Positions 1 through 9,707 are shown, counted from the first letter of the stretch. The stretch is 64,000 bases of DNA from an uncultured Nitrososphaerota archaeon (GCA_963838925.1 CAWISW010000003.1:416001-480000), one strand, 5' to 3'. Notes: a model not told the origin generated them from the sequence alone. A program made the numbers and translations.

Positions 1-413
1 ATTCTTCTATCCTTTGATTCGATTACAAATGCAACTGCGGCGCTTCCTTTGTCATTGTAGAGGCACCAAGAACCTTCAGAATCGGAGTAGCCTCCGAAGA
101 ACGGATAGAATAAGGTAGAAGTGATAGGAATCGCCTCCGGCTTCTTCACGAAGAATGCAAAGCTCGGATCAAGATAGACGGAAAGTTTCCAACAATAGCG
201 TCCGGGCAAGTAGGCCTTGTCGGGAGTCATCTTGCATTGGCCATATTTCCTGAATGTCAAGAAGAAAAGTTCGGCCATCGCCGGATGAGTTGTGCTAAGA
301 CGTGCCCATACTGTGTAGCGAGAATTCCAACACCCATTCAAGTCTCCGGCCCTTAGTCCGCTGAGATAGGCCCTCTCGCTACAGTCTCCGGCGAATGGAT
401 TTCGAGAGATCAC
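1..413 (-). CDS. Two-motif LAGLIDADG-like endonuclease, runs off the left window edge
   Basis: Manual translation from GTG at 413 (GGGGT upstream): AYLSGLRAGDL...FFGGYSDSEGSW; not in the ORF track; AT-richer than flanks. Confidence 0.65.
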   Translation of the reverse strand, partial: MISRNPFAGDCSERAYLSGLRAGDLNGCWNSRYTVWARLSTTHPAMAELFFLTFRKYGQCKMTPDKAYLPGRYCWKLSVYLDPSFAFFVKKPEAIPITSTLFYPFFGGYSDSEGSWCLYNDKGSAAVAFVIESKDRR

Positions 414-424
414 ACCCCCTAATC

Positions 425-480
425 ATGATGATGCATTAAAGCGCCCAGTCTGCTTGAAGCCTAGACCAGCCTAGCCGACG
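425..480 (+). ncRNA. Candidate box C/D-like sRNA
   Basis: ATGATGA-N12-CCCAGTC, same layout as 14045-14070; D box unclear. Confidence 0.3.
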
Positions 481-515
481 ACCCCTACGACCACCCTCTC
501 CACCCCAATCGTTAG

Positions 516-1136
516 TTATGCATTCCTCTTGGACACGAACGGATTCCCCTGGACGAAGAACCGCCACTGCCGCTCCCGTGCCCTGCTGATGCCAATCCTT
601 TCCGAGACCTCGGCCTTTACGGGCTCTTCGCTGCCCAGGACGTAGAGCCTCTTCGACGTCACCACGTCCTCGCCGTTGAACTCCTTGCCGATTGCCAGCG
701 CCTTCGTCAGCTTCCCGGGCCCGTTCGTGAGCCTCGAGAGCTCTTCGACGCCGCGGTTCCTCTTCATCTGGGCCGTCCCCTCCACGGGCTCCAGGGCCCT
801 GACCAGGACCGCGCCCGGCTGCCCCTCCCCTTCAGTTGTGAAGTTCAGGCACCAGTGATTTCCATAGGAGAGAAAGACATAGACCCTTCCCGCTTCCCCG
901 AACATGAGCGAGTTCCTCTTCGTGACCCCGCGGAAAGAGTGGCTGGCCGGGTCGTCGCTTCCACGGTAGGCCTCGACCTCCACTATCTTCCCAGAGATGA
1001 CATTCTTCCCGGCTTTCCTCACGAGGAGGCACCCGAGAAGGTCTCGCGCGACGTCGGGGGTGTATCGGGAGAAGAACGAGCGGCCCAGGCGATTCACGGA
1101 CACTCCGGAGCAAGACCGGTTTATCAGGCATGCCAA
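516..1136 (-). CDS. mpg: DNA-3-methyladenine glycosylase (MPG/AAG family); true start probably near 1097-1103
   Basis: IVEVEAY, DPASHS, YGNHWCLN, AVLVRALEP, NGPGKL, RIGI motifs. Confidence 0.92.
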   Translation of the reverse strand: MACLINRSCSGVSVNRLGRSFFSRYTPDVARDLLGCLLVRKAGKNVISGKIVEVEAYRGSDDPASHSFRGVTKRNSLMFGEAGRVYVFLSYGNHWCLNFTTEGEGQPGAVLVRALEPVEGTAQMKRNRGVEELSRLTNGPGKLTKALAIGKEFNGEDVVTSKRLYVLGSEEPVKAEVSERIGISRARERQWRFFVQGNPFVSKRNA

Positions 1137-1169
1137 AAGCTTAGGAACAGATTCTGCGGCTACGCAGAG

Positions 1170-1682
1170 CTACTCGCGGAGCGGGTGGACTCCCCACACA
1201 AAGCGCATCGAGACTGCATAGGTGACGGGATAGGTGACGACCGCCCCGACGACGCTGCCGAAGACGGGCGAAAGCGAGACGGTCGCCAGAAGGGCGAGCT
1301 GAACCGCGACGATCAGGACGTTTCCGAGGAGAGAGGCGAGCTGGTACTTGCCCCACCTTACGACCCATGCGGTCGGGCCCCTCTTGTCCACCTCGGGCTT
1401 TCCCTTGACGGTGACGCGCTCGTTGATGACGAACGCCGCGGTCGCTCCGACGCCAAAGGCCAGCGCGTCCAGTCCGAGGAGGGCGGGCGACGAGAAGGCG
1501 ACGCTGGGCACCGTGGTGGAGTTGTAGAAGTAGACGACGCCGAGAACGAGGATCGCCTCCGCGATCAGAAAGCCGACGCCGGTGGCCACCGCGAACTTGG
1601 CAATCCGAAGGATCCCAAATCGGCTTCTTGGCTGAGCGGGAGAGCTCTGTCGCAATGGAAGGGTGGCTGAAACTCGGCCCAT
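1170..1682 (-). CDS. GtrA-family membrane protein
   Basis: KFAVA...AFVINERVT...SMRFVW pattern, four hydrophobic segments. Confidence 0.75.
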   Translation of the reverse strand: MGRVSATLPLRQSSPAQPRSRFGILRIAKFAVATGVGFLIAEAILVLGVVYFYNSTTVPSVAFSSPALLGLDALAFGVGATAAFVINERVTVKGKPEVDKRGPTAWVVRWGKYQLASLLGNVLIVAVQLALLATVSLSPVFGSVVGAVVTYPVTYAVSMRFVWGVHPLRE

Positions 1683-1690
1683 TAAGCTAT

Positions 1691-1727
1691 TGGTGGGGCG
1701 TTGTGACGTGGCACGGGAAGCGGATCA
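1691..1727 (-). repeat. Decayed duplicate of the tRNA-Trp 3' end (att-like)
   Basis: tggtgggg-cg....gac.tg....cggatca aligns with 2575-2608. Confidence 0.5.
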
Positions 1728-2429
1728 ACGCTCTGTTATCATGTAGCCTTGAAACTGATAGCTCGTGAAGTTCCACGTCTCGCTTTGGATGGACCAGCCC
1801 TGACTCCCCGACGAGCCAGCGTGGTAGACCCACAGTTGCTCCAGATTCACCGTCACGATGAACGGATTGTAGTATCCCTCCTCTCCCGGAAAGGCGAGCC
1901 CGAAGGTGGCGTCGGCGGCGTTCGGTCCTGTCGCCACGACTCTTGCCGTTTCGAGATTTGTGATCGGCCTCACGCTCCAGGCCGCGGCGGACGCCTTGGA
2001 GCTCTGGAAGAGCTGCAGGTAGGCTATGCCGATGTCTGGCTTGCCAATGTAGTTCCCCGCGAGAGAGGAAACTGCCCCGTCGTAAGTCAGGGCAATCGGG
2101 TTTCCAGTCCACGACGACACAGGCGAATCTGCGTAGAGGCCCAGCAAGCCGGACGCGTTCTCCTTCCCCAGGTACGCTACGAACCTCTCGACCTGCGCCC
2201 TCACCGCCGTCTCGTTGGAGGCGGAAAGTGCCGAGTTCGCCTGCGTCGGGCTCGTCGGCGAGGCCGAAGCGGCGGCGGTGGTAGACGTGCCAGAGGTCGA
2301 AGTTGAGCTGGTGGGGACCGAGACTCCGCCCCGTGGAGAATAGCTGACGATTAGGAGCATTGCAAGGATCCCGGCGGCGGCCAGAGCGGTGCCCGAATCA
2401 ATGCCGCCGAATGCCAAGCTCCTGACCAA
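1725..2429 (-). CDS. Membrane-anchored SnoaL/NTF2-like protein, paralog of 30759-31373
   Basis: N-terminal TM, S/T linker, C-terminal WSIQSETWNF versus WLISQEVWDF. Confidence 0.6.
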   Translation of the reverse strand: MVRSLAFGGIDSGTALAAAGILAMLLIVSYSPRGGVSVPTSSTSTSGTSTTAAASASPTSPTQANSALSASNETAVRAQVERFVAYLGKENASGLLGLYADSPVSSWTGNPIALTYDGAVSSLAGNYIGKPDIGIAYLQLFQSSKASAAAWSVRPITNLETARVVATGPNAADATFGLAFPGEEGYYNPFIVTVNLEQLWVYHAGSSGSQGWSIQSETWNFTSYQFQGYMITER

Positions 2430-2574
2430 GCTACTCCCAGAAGATGAGGCCTCCGGAGATATTTACGCCGTATGGAAGATTCTCCCTACTGCAGCCCCCG
2501 CGCACCGTCGGCCTCCAGACTGAGGGGAGCGCGAGGGCGCCGCCTTCGCACATCGGATGCAAGCAGGTAGAAGA

Positions 2575-2714
2575 TGGTGGGGACGGCCGGACTTGAACCG
2601 ACGGATCACAGGTATCGCCGCTCCGATGGGAAATCATCCACGCAAGCGTGTCATCAAACCTTTTGTCGTTTGACCACTGGAGCCTGTTGCCATGCCTGTC
2701 TAGGCTACGTCCCC
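2575..2714 (-). tRNA. trnW: tRNA-Trp(CCA) with 63-nt intron at 37/38 (2614-2676), encoded CCA
   Basis: GGGGACG acceptor, ACAGG-CTCCAG|A-CCTGT anticodon arm, GGTTCAAGTCC T-arm; intron has TGATGA C box and GGAGC complementary to the anticodon loop, like box C/D pre-tRNA-Trp introns. Confidence 0.93.
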
Positions 2715-2779
2715 CCATCGAGACGGCCGAGACACAACGGGGATTAAAGCACAGCGCAAGAGCCGTTCTGGTCGGGGGG

Positions 2780-2932
2780 TCAGACCAGCCTGGAGCCGCA
2801 CTGCGGGCACGCCCCACCGAACTTGGCCTTGCACCCGGGGCAGAAGTGTAGCCCGCAGCCCGTGCACGTGGAGAAGCCGATCCCCAGCTTGTGGCACCCG
2901 GCGCACCCCGCCGGGACGTTGACCATCCCCAT
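2780..2932 (-). CDS. 50-aa protein with four CxxC motifs (double Zn finger)
   Basis: Manual translation MGMVNVPAGCAGCHKLGIGFSTCTGCGLHFCPGCKAKFGGACPQCGSRLV. Confidence 0.7.
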   Translation of the reverse strand: MGMVNVPAGCAGCHKLGIGFSTCTGCGLHFCPGCKAKFGGACPQCGSRLV

Positions 2933-2994
2933 GAGCGAGTGGTAGGCGAGCCCGGCTTGAAAACGCTTCCAGCGCCTCGCCGCGCCGCCGGCCG

Positions 2995-4176
2995 TTAGAA
3001 CGTGACGGACGCAGTCGTGGTCGTGGACGAGACTGAGCCCGTGGGCGGCGAGAGGAACGAGGGCGCAAGGGAGGGCGAGATTACGACTATGGCGTTCGTC
3101 GCCTCCGCGGCCACATACATGTTCCCGTTGGCAGGGTCGAACGCGAGCCCGGCGGGCGCCGAGTTGCCCCCCGTGGAGACGGTGGTGAGCGGCTCGTTGC
3201 TGGTCGCGTTGATCACGTCGGCCCCGCTCTTGTAGTCGTTGCTGACCATCACATCGCCGTTCGCCGTGTCCACCGCGACAAGGAAGGGCACCGTCCGCAC
3301 CGCCGCGCTCACGTTGATCGTCGCGACAACGGTGTTTGTGGCCCCGGATATCACGGAGACCGTCCCGTCGTCGTAGTTCGTGACGTAGAGGTTGCCGTTC
3401 GCAGCGTCGAACGTGATGCCCTCAGGGACTATCCCGACCCTGATCTGCTGTGTCAGGGTGTTGTTCGCGGGGTTGATTACCAGGACGCTCGATCCCCCGC
3501 TGGTGACGTAGACGTTTCCGTTCGAAGAGTCGTACGCCACTCCGGTGGGCTGGAAGATCGCGTTGATCTCGCGCAGGTGGGTGTCGCTCGTCGCGTTGAT
3601 CACGGAGATCGTGTTGCCCCCCACGCCGTTGCCGTGCTCGGCGACGTACATGCAGTTGTTGACGGGGTCGAAAGCGATGCCGTCGGGGTGTATCCCGCCC
3701 AAAGTTATCGTGTTGATGACGATGTTGAAGTGGCCGTCGATGACCGAGACCGTATCAGAATCGTTGTTGGTGACAAACAGGTAGCCGTTCGCCGGGTCCA
3801 GGGCAACCTGCGCGGGGGCCTGGCCCACCGGCACCGACTTGACCAGCGTCCCGTTGGCCAGGTTGATGACGGAGACCGTGTTCGTCGAGTTGTTCGTGAC
3901 GTAGAGGTATCCGTTCAACGAGTCGTAGGTCACTCCTAGCGGGTGGGAGAGGGCAAACCCCACAGGTACCGCCGTCGTGGTAGTGGTGGTCGTCGCGCTC
4001 GTGCTGGAGCGGCTCGTCGTGGTGGACGTGCTCGAGGTCGTGGACTTGGTCGACGTCGTCGAGCTCTGCTTGGAGCTCGAGAGCAACACCGCGAATACGC
4101 CAGCGATGACAATGACGACTACAATCACTACGACGCCAAGTGTGGCCGTGCGCGATAGCCCGCTCCGGCGTTTCAA
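2995..4176 (-). CDS. Membrane-anchored YncE/YVTN beta-propeller protein
   Basis: Repeats of P.GVAYD..NG.LYVTN...TVSVI; N-terminal TM and S/T linker. Confidence 0.88.
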   Translation of the reverse strand: MKRRSGLSRTATLGVVVIVVVIVIAGVFAVLLSSSKQSSTTSTKSTTSSTSTTTSRSSTSATTTTTTTAVPVGFALSHPLGVTYDSLNGYLYVTNNSTNTVSVINLANGTLVKSVPVGQAPAQVALDPANGYLFVTNNDSDTVSVIDGHFNIVINTITLGGIHPDGIAFDPVNNCMYVAEHGNGVGGNTISVINATSDTHLREINAIFQPTGVAYDSSNGNVYVTSGGSSVLVINPANNTLTQQIRVGIVPEGITFDAANGNLYVTNYDDGTVSVISGATNTVVATINVSAAVRTVPFLVAVDTANGDVMVSNDYKSGADVINATSNEPLTTVSTGGNSAPAGLAFDPANGNMYVAAEATNAIVVISPSLAPSFLSPPTGSVSSTTTTASVTF

Positions 4177-4231
4177 CGTGTCCCAATCTCCGGTTTCGGG
4201 TATAAAAGATGTTTTCCGAGACCGCGTCGGC

Positions 4232-4801
4232 TCAGTGCGCTTCCGCGGAGAGCATGTCGATCTTCGTGACGATGCCCTCCACCTTGTCGCCCGTCGCGAC
4301 GAGGACTGCGGGCACGAACTTGAAGAGTGAGAAGAGGGCCTCGATGGGGGTGTCCAAGCTCACGATGGGAAAGGTGGGCTGCATGATGCTCGAGACGGGC
4401 TTCGAGAGGAGGGCGCGAGGATCCTCTGTCCCGCTCAGGAGCGTCACGATCTGGTTCTCCGTGAGCGAGCCCGCCAGCTTGCTCCCGGAGTAGACGGGAA
4501 TCTGCGAGATGTTGTTCTTACGCATCAGGTCGATGCTCTCAGAGATCGAGACAGTCACCTGCACGGAGGCCACCGGTGACGACATCACGTCCGACGCCTT
4601 CTTGCCCTCCATGCGGATGTGGGACCTGAGCGCCTCGGAGATGGACTTCATCGTGCTGAACGACGGGTCGACGAGCCCGGACTCGAGCTTGGCTATCAGC
4701 GACTGGCTGACTCCCGCCGCCTTGGCGAGCTCCGACTGCGTTATCCCGAGCTGGACTCTTATCTTCTTGAGCTGCTTGGGGTCAATTGTGGAGACGGACA
4801 C
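4232..4801 (-). CDS. XRE-HTH plus CBS-pair transcriptional regulator
   Basis: LGITQSELAKAAGVSQSLIAKLESG, two CBS domains. Confidence 0.9.
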   Translation of the reverse strand: MSVSTIDPKQLKKIRVQLGITQSELAKAAGVSQSLIAKLESGLVDPSFSTMKSISEALRSHIRMEGKKASDVMSSPVASVQVTVSISESIDLMRKNNISQIPVYSGSKLAGSLTENQIVTLLSGTEDPRALLSKPVSSIMQPTFPIVSLDTPIEALFSLFKFVPAVLVATGDKVEGIVTKIDMLSAEAH

Positions 4802-4849
4802 GAAGGACCCACGTTTGATATTCGTATATGAATTTTTGGGAGGCGCAGT

Positions 4850-5125
4850 TTAGGACAGGTTTGCCGGCTTGACCGACGCCACGGCGTCCTTAGGCATGCG
4901 CTCCTTCCACTTCGCGAGGAACTCGTCGTCCTCCCTCCTGCTCCTCAGGTCGTCGGGGAGCATCACAGGGATCTCGTCGATGATCGGGTAGAACCTGTGG
5001 CACGCCTCGCATATGAGAGCCCCGTCGACTACGACGTCTGGGTCCTTCGTAGAGAACTCCAGAAGGGTGAGGGGATAGTGCTTGTCGATTGGGCAGGCGA
5101 GTATGTCGAGGAGCTTCCGGCGCAT
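4850..5125 (-). CDS. trm112: Trm112 family methyltransferase activator
   Basis: LLDILACPIDK...C..C.RFYPIIDEIPVMLPD. Confidence 0.9.
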   Translation of the reverse strand: MRRKLLDILACPIDKHYPLTLLEFSTKDPDVVVDGALICEACHRFYPIIDEIPVMLPDDLRSRREDDEFLAKWKERMPKDAVASVKPANLS

Positions 5126-5179
5126 CGGCCCCTCGTGGCTAGGAGTTTGTTATAATGATTTTCCGAGGCCTTTTGGGTC

Positions 5180-5620
5180 TCAGGTATTCGGAAGCCGGTA
5201 TGGAGGGAAACAGGACCAATTAGAGGTCAGGCTGGAATTGCCCGCTTGCTGATTCACGAGGATAGTCACAGTGCTGCAGGTTCCGGAGGGGCTGCCGTTG
5301 GGTGGTTGAAAATCGATGAGCACCAAATAGGAGTAGTCGTTCGGAACCTTAACGCTGTACTGCCCATTTACCACCTTCGATTGATACATGGACTCGTTCC
5401 TACTCTGCTGCAAGAAGGCAACTCCAATAGCAGTCCCATAGATCCCCGCGGTCGCGGAACCTGAGACGATGACGCTTGAAGGAGGGCCGCCTTGCGTGAT
5501 TCCTCGTAGAAGGAATATCGACGGAAGGGCGACCACGAGTACGACGATGACGATTAACACGATTTTCTTGTTTGGCCCGGGCTTCTTACCGATAGGTGCC
5601 AACGCCATGCCGTGCTGCAT
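5180..5620 (-). CDS. Membrane-anchored hypothetical protein
   Basis: Single N-terminal TM, beta-rich external part. Confidence 0.55.
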   Translation of the reverse strand: MQHGMALAPIGKKPGPNKKIVLIVIVVLVVALPSIFLLRGITQGGPPSSVIVSGSATAGIYGTAIGVAFLQQSRNESMYQSKVVNGQYSVKVPNDYSYLVLIDFQPPNGSPSGTCSTVTILVNQQAGNSSLTSNWSCFPPYRLPNT

Positions 5621-5687
5621 TACGTTGCCCGTGTTATGAGAACCCTTCCATCAAAAGGGTTAAATTCCCTCGAGGGGGAGCGAGAGT

Positions 5688-5808
5688 TCAGCCGGCCATA
5701 GCGTGTGGGTCCGACCTGGACTCTTTCCGAACCCAGAAGTCAAACCACATGTCGTCTAGGTGTTAGTGAGGTCCGAAAGGTCTCGTGAAGCCTAGATGTC
5801 GGCACCTT
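5688..5808 (+). rRNA. rrf: 5S rRNA, stand-alone
   Basis: GGCCATAGC...CCGAACCCAGAAGTCAAACC...TAGTGAGG..GAAA..CTCGTGAA; terminal helix GCCGGC/GTCGGC; TTAAAT upstream. Confidence 0.93.
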
Positions 5809-5814
5809 TCCATC

Positions 5815-6468
5815 CTATCCCGGTCTGTTTTCTTCAAAAATTCTCTTCTTGTATTCGTGCAATCCGATGTCCGTGGCCTTCTCGGGGAAGGGACCGGTCC
5901 TCAATACTACCTCCGCTTGGAACGCCTTCTGGCCGACAAGGTATGGGCTTACCAACCGGAGAATTACGAAGGCTCGATAGCCTTGTGCATTGGTCTCCCA
6001 ATAGGGAACCAATGTGCCGTCTTTGGCCTCTCGAAAGTGCCGCCTGAATCCCACGCACATGAGTTCTGCCACTTGACGAACGGGTAGCGGGTCGTACATG
6101 ATCACCTCAAGAACGAGGGTGTGCCGTTTCCTTCGTCCGTTCTTCTTGTAACGATAGCCAAAACTAAACTCGTCTACAATTGCCCTTGCCAAGAGCTTTC
6201 GGTCTCCAACGTCTCGAAGACTAGTTTCTAGTTCTCGATCTATTCGCGCTCGCTTCGCAATCTTGGGAGGCTCTTCAATCATTGCTCGCAGCCGAATCTT
6301 CATCGATTCTTCTTGCAGAATACTCTCGAGACCGAAGCTACGAATCCACTTTCTGGCGGTTGTAAACGATACCTTGTAGTGACCGGCGACAGCGGTAATG
6401 CTCACATAGGTACGAAGCGCATCCTCGAGTTCGCCGCGTTTTGGTTTCTTGAGGAGCCATCGGGGCAC
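5815..6468 (-). CDS. HTH plus degenerate LAGLIDADG-like protein
   Basis: N-terminal HTH (ITAVAGHYKVSFTTARKW), LLARAIVDEFSFGY, C-terminal ILRLVSPYLVGQKAFQA. Confidence 0.55.
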   Translation of the reverse strand: MPRWLLKKPKRGELEDALRTYVSITAVAGHYKVSFTTARKWIRSFGLESILQEESMKIRLRAMIEEPPKIAKRARIDRELETSLRDVGDRKLLARAIVDEFSFGYRYKKNGRRKRHTLVLEVIMYDPLPVRQVAELMCVGFRRHFREAKDGTLVPYWETNAQGYRAFVILRLVSPYLVGQKAFQAEVVLRTGPFPEKATDIGLHEYKKRIFEENRPG

Positions 6469-6605
6469 ACTGCATTACTTGCCATTCCTATTTCAGCCCA
6501 CATGAGGCACCTTTTCCAACCAACCTAGGCCGCGTTTCTTTTTTCAACGAAGTAAGATTCGGTAAAACGTTTAAGTCCACCCTCAAAAGGCACATTCCAT
6601 AGTCA

Positions 6606-7724
6606 ATGCCCCTATTCCCGAGTATGACGCTCCAATTTGGGACCGACGTGAGCAGTCTCCTCAACATAGTTTGGCTGCTGTCGTTCTTCGTCTTCATAGT
6701 GTACGGGCAAAGAATCCAGGTTTACATCGTTGGAAACGACATTTCCAGGGCGCTCAACAGATTGAAGCTCATGAAGGACAAGTCGAGGAAGGAGGCGGTC
6801 GACTACTTCAACGCGACCGGGAAGGTCAGCGGCGACCCGTCGCAGAGGATCGACCAGTTCCTCGAATACGTTACGATAATGCCCGTCGACCTCGACCCGC
6901 AGGGGATTGTCGGCAAGATCGAGCACATCACCGAGACGAGGGACGAGAGGGTGAGGGGCGAGGTGAAGAAGATGCTCCCAAGCGCGGAGCCGATCAAGGT
7001 ATCCGTCGCCGAGAACATCCTTGAGATAGCCAGCTCCCTCAACATGATCCACAAGATCGTCAGGCACTATTACCTGCTCGGAAAGAAGACCAACTCGTAC
7101 ATCCTGCTCGTGCAGCTCCAGATGATAATGCCACAGGTCCTTATGGAGGCCGACGCGCTCATCAACGCGGTCGACACCTTCAAGCTAGGGCAGCCTGTGG
7201 GCGACGGAATCGGGCCCATCATCGCCTCCAAGTACATGCAGAACCTCCCGAAGCAGGTCGTCGCGAAGGACACCGTGATGACTGTCATGGAGTACAAGGG
7301 AAGGACCCTCTACGTCCTGAAGGCCGAGGGCCCGATGGGATACGTGGGAGAGCCCGGGCTTGCGATCCAGAGGGTCATCGAAGAGATGAACGTGCCGCTC
7401 AACGCGATAATCATGGTCGACGCGGCCCTGAAGCTCGAGGGCGAGAAGACGGGCGACGTGGCGGAGGGGATCGGCGCGGCCATCGGCGGGATTGGGACGG
7501 ACAAGTTCCGGATCGAGGAGGTCTCGTCCAAGCACAAGGTCCCCGTCTACGCGATACTGGTCAAGCAGAGCATCCTTGAGGCAATCACCGTCATGCGGAA
7601 GGAGATCACGGACGCGAGCGACAAGGTGCACAACCTCATCGGGAACCTCATCGAGGAGAAGACGAAGGAAGGGGACAAGGTCCTCCTCGCAGGCATAGGA
7701 AACTCCCTCGGAGTCGGGCAGTAG
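6606..7724 (+). CDS. DUF1512 family protein
   Basis: PVDLDPQGIV, PVGDGIGP, VDAALKLEGE, GIGNSLGVGQ. Confidence 0.85.
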   Translation: MPLFPSMTLQFGTDVSSLLNIVWLLSFFVFIVYGQRIQVYIVGNDISRALNRLKLMKDKSRKEAVDYFNATGKVSGDPSQRIDQFLEYVTIMPVDLDPQGIVGKIEHITETRDERVRGEVKKMLPSAEPIKVSVAENILEIASSLNMIHKIVRHYYLLGKKTNSYILLVQLQMIMPQVLMEADALINAVDTFKLGQPVGDGIGPIIASKYMQNLPKQVVAKDTVMTVMEYKGRTLYVLKAEGPMGYVGEPGLAIQRVIEEMNVPLNAIIMVDAALKLEGEKTGDVAEGIGAAIGGIGTDKFRIEEVSSKHKVPVYAILVKQSILEAITVMRKEITDASDKVHNLIGNLIEEKTKEGDKVLLAGIGNSLGVGQ

Positions 7725-7725
7725 C

Positions 7726-7947
7726 ATGAGCGCCCCCCCAGCGGTCCAGTCCCCCTCGCAGACCCAGCAGGGAAAGTCGAAGTTCACGGTCTACACCATC
7801 GAGGAGTGCCCGGCGTGCGGCCAGAAGACGAAGCGGGCTTTCCAGGTGGGCGACTACATCACGAAGGACGGGGCGAACTGCTCAAAGTGCGGCAACGCCA
7901 CCAAGATCACGCTGATCTACGCCGAGGCAGCGGTCAAGTCTAAGTAA
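7726..7947 (+). CDS. Small Zn-ribbon protein
   Basis: CPAC...RAFQVGDYI...CSKC; coupled to DUF1512 gene. Confidence 0.75.
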   Translation: MSAPPAVQSPSQTQQGKSKFTVYTIEECPACGQKTKRAFQVGDYITKDGANCSKCGNATKITLIYAEAAVKSK

Positions 7948-8830
7948 GGATAACCAGCGAGTTCCCTTCCAGCTTCATCGTGTGCTCGAACTGCGCGACG
8001 GGCGCGTTCGACGCCTCCACTAGGGTCGGGTAGCCGCGGACCATCCTCCTCCTCTCGAGTTCGGACAGCAGCTTGTGCAGCCTCTCGCGCCCGAACTCCT
8101 TCGTGAACCACCTCGGCGTGAAGGGCAGGCTCTTCCTCGCGTTCCAGATGTGGTCGACTAGGCCGTCCAGCTCCTCGACCCCGGTCCTCTTCCGCATGAT
8201 GAGCGAGTAGATCGTCACCCTGGGGTCGTCAACGACGTAACCCGCCGCGGTCCCCGGGGTGAGGAAGGGCTCGATGGCGAAGACCTCGTCGCGCTTCAGC
8301 ACAGGCTGGTTCGGCGCGTAGACGTTGGGGATGCTCTTGCCGGCATGGACCGTGTACTGCTCGAGCGTGTGGCCGCTGAGGTTCCTTATCGTCTTGAAGC
8401 CCTCCTGCCGCGCGGTCGCCTCTATCGCCTTCCCGATCTCCCCCGTCCTGGGGTCCCTCCTTACCACGCTGATGGCGGCCTCGAGGGCCCTCTTCGTAGT
8501 CTCCAACATGAGCTGGTACCGGGGGTTCTCGCTCACGGTCACCGCGGTGTCAGCGATGTAGCCGTCGAAGTGAACCCCGTAGTCTATCTTCACCACGTCG
8601 TCGTCGCTGATCCTCGTCTGGTCGTCCTCCTGGGGGGCATAGTGGGCGGTGACGCCGTTGATCCCTATCCCCGTCGGGAACGCGGGCTGGCCTCCCCTCC
8701 TAGCTATCTCCTCCTCCACACTGGTTGCGATCTCGAGGCAGGTCTGGGGGACCTCCACGTTCTCGAGGATCCACTCCCTCATCTCCCTCGCGAGCCTCCC
8801 GGCTCTCACGTATTGCTCCGGAACTCCCAT
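7940..8830 (-). CDS. map: Methionine aminopeptidase type II
   Basis: AFP, AHY, KIDYGVHFDGYIADTA, LSGH, AIEPF, AQFEHT. Confidence 0.95.
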   Translation of the reverse strand: MGVPEQYVRAGRLAREMREWILENVEVPQTCLEIATSVEEEIARRGGQPAFPTGIGINGVTAHYAPQEDDQTRISDDDVVKIDYGVHFDGYIADTAVTVSENPRYQLMLETTKRALEAAISVVRRDPRTGEIGKAIEATARQEGFKTIRNLSGHTLEQYTVHAGKSIPNVYAPNQPVLKRDEVFAIEPFLTPGTAAGYVVDDPRVTIYSLIMRKRTGVEELDGLVDHIWNARKSLPFTPRWFTKEFGRERLHKLLSELERRRMVRGYPTLVEASNAPVAQFEHTMKLEGNSLVILT

Positions 8831-8891
8831 CTAGGAACGGTCCTCCACAGAGCCTCGACCGGAGCGATTATTATCTGCGACCCGTCCCGGA

Positions 8892-9389
8892 TTGGAAAGT
8901 GTGACCGACAGAAAGTACTCGATGGTCGCGACGGGCGGGACCTTCGACCCGCTCCACGCCGGGCACAGGCGCCTCCTCGAGAGGAGCTTCGAGCTCGGGG
9001 ACGCGGTCGTCATCGGGCTGACCTCAGACGAGTTCGCGCGCAAGGAGGGCAAGGTCCCCGACCGCCCCTACAAGGAGAGGGAGGCCGAGCTCGACGCCTA
9101 CATCAGGAAGAGCTTCCCAGGGAGGCGCTACAGCATAGCGAGGCTCGACGACTTCTTCGGTCCGGGGATAGAGAGCAGGGACGTGGAGGCGCTCGTCGCG
9201 AGCCCGGAGACGGGGAAGAGGGTCTCGCTCGCGAACAGCCTCCGCGCGAAGCGGGGCTTCCCTCCCCTCGAGCTCGTGGTCGTCGACTGGGTGGTGGCGG
9301 AGGACGGCGCACCCATCTCTTCGACGCGGATAAGGAAGGGAGAGATCGACCGGGAGGGCAGGCTCGCAAGCGGCAGAAGGAGACCGTGA
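8892..9389 (+). CDS. coaD: Phosphopantetheine adenylyltransferase
   Basis: GGTFDPLHAGH, VASPET, ISSTRIRKGEID. Confidence 0.92.
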   Translation: MESVTDRKYSMVATGGTFDPLHAGHRRLLERSFELGDAVVIGLTSDEFARKEGKVPDRPYKEREAELDAYIRKSFPGRRYSIARLDDFFGPGIESRDVEALVASPETGKRVSLANSLRAKRGFPPLELVVVDWVVAEDGAPISSTRIRKGEIDREGRLASGRRRP

Positions 9390-9634
9390 CGTTGGACCGA
9401 GATACTCTCTCGCTTTACGTGATCAAGACGTCGATGGGGCTCGGAGGAGGGTTCCTTGCCGCGATATTCGCGAGCGAGGCATACGTCCACGGCGGCTTCC
9501 TCGTCCTCTTCGCGATCGGGGTCTTCGTCATGGTCGGCCTCGCAGCTCGACTCTTCGGGCAGGTCAGGATATGGGCCTACTGCTTGACCACGCTCTGCCT
9601 GACGGCGCTTCTCGTCATCGTCGGTATCCCGTGA
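9386..9634 (+). CDS. Small membrane protein
   Basis: GTG overlapping the coaD stop; three hydrophobic segments. Confidence 0.6.
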   Translation: MTLDRDTLSLYVIKTSMGLGGGFLAAIFASEAYVHGGFLVLFAIGVFVMVGLAARLFGQVRIWAYCLTTLCLTALLVIVGIP

Positions 9635-9707
9635 CCTGTCTCCGGGGCCGGTGGCCCTGTCTCCGGAGAGTGGAATTTATAATCCGACCCGGCGAGTCAC
9701 TACAATC

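Noticed and set aside
855-1670. Long alternative-frame and antisense ORFs (also 9615-10634, 14924-15952, 16002-17240, 20578-22260)
   Set aside because: They shadow well-supported genes and are expected in high-GC DNA; no motifs.
2431-2851. ORFs over the tRNA-Trp gene and the similar ORF at 33188-33430
   Set aside because: Their similarity comes from the duplicated tRNA sequence, not from a protein family.
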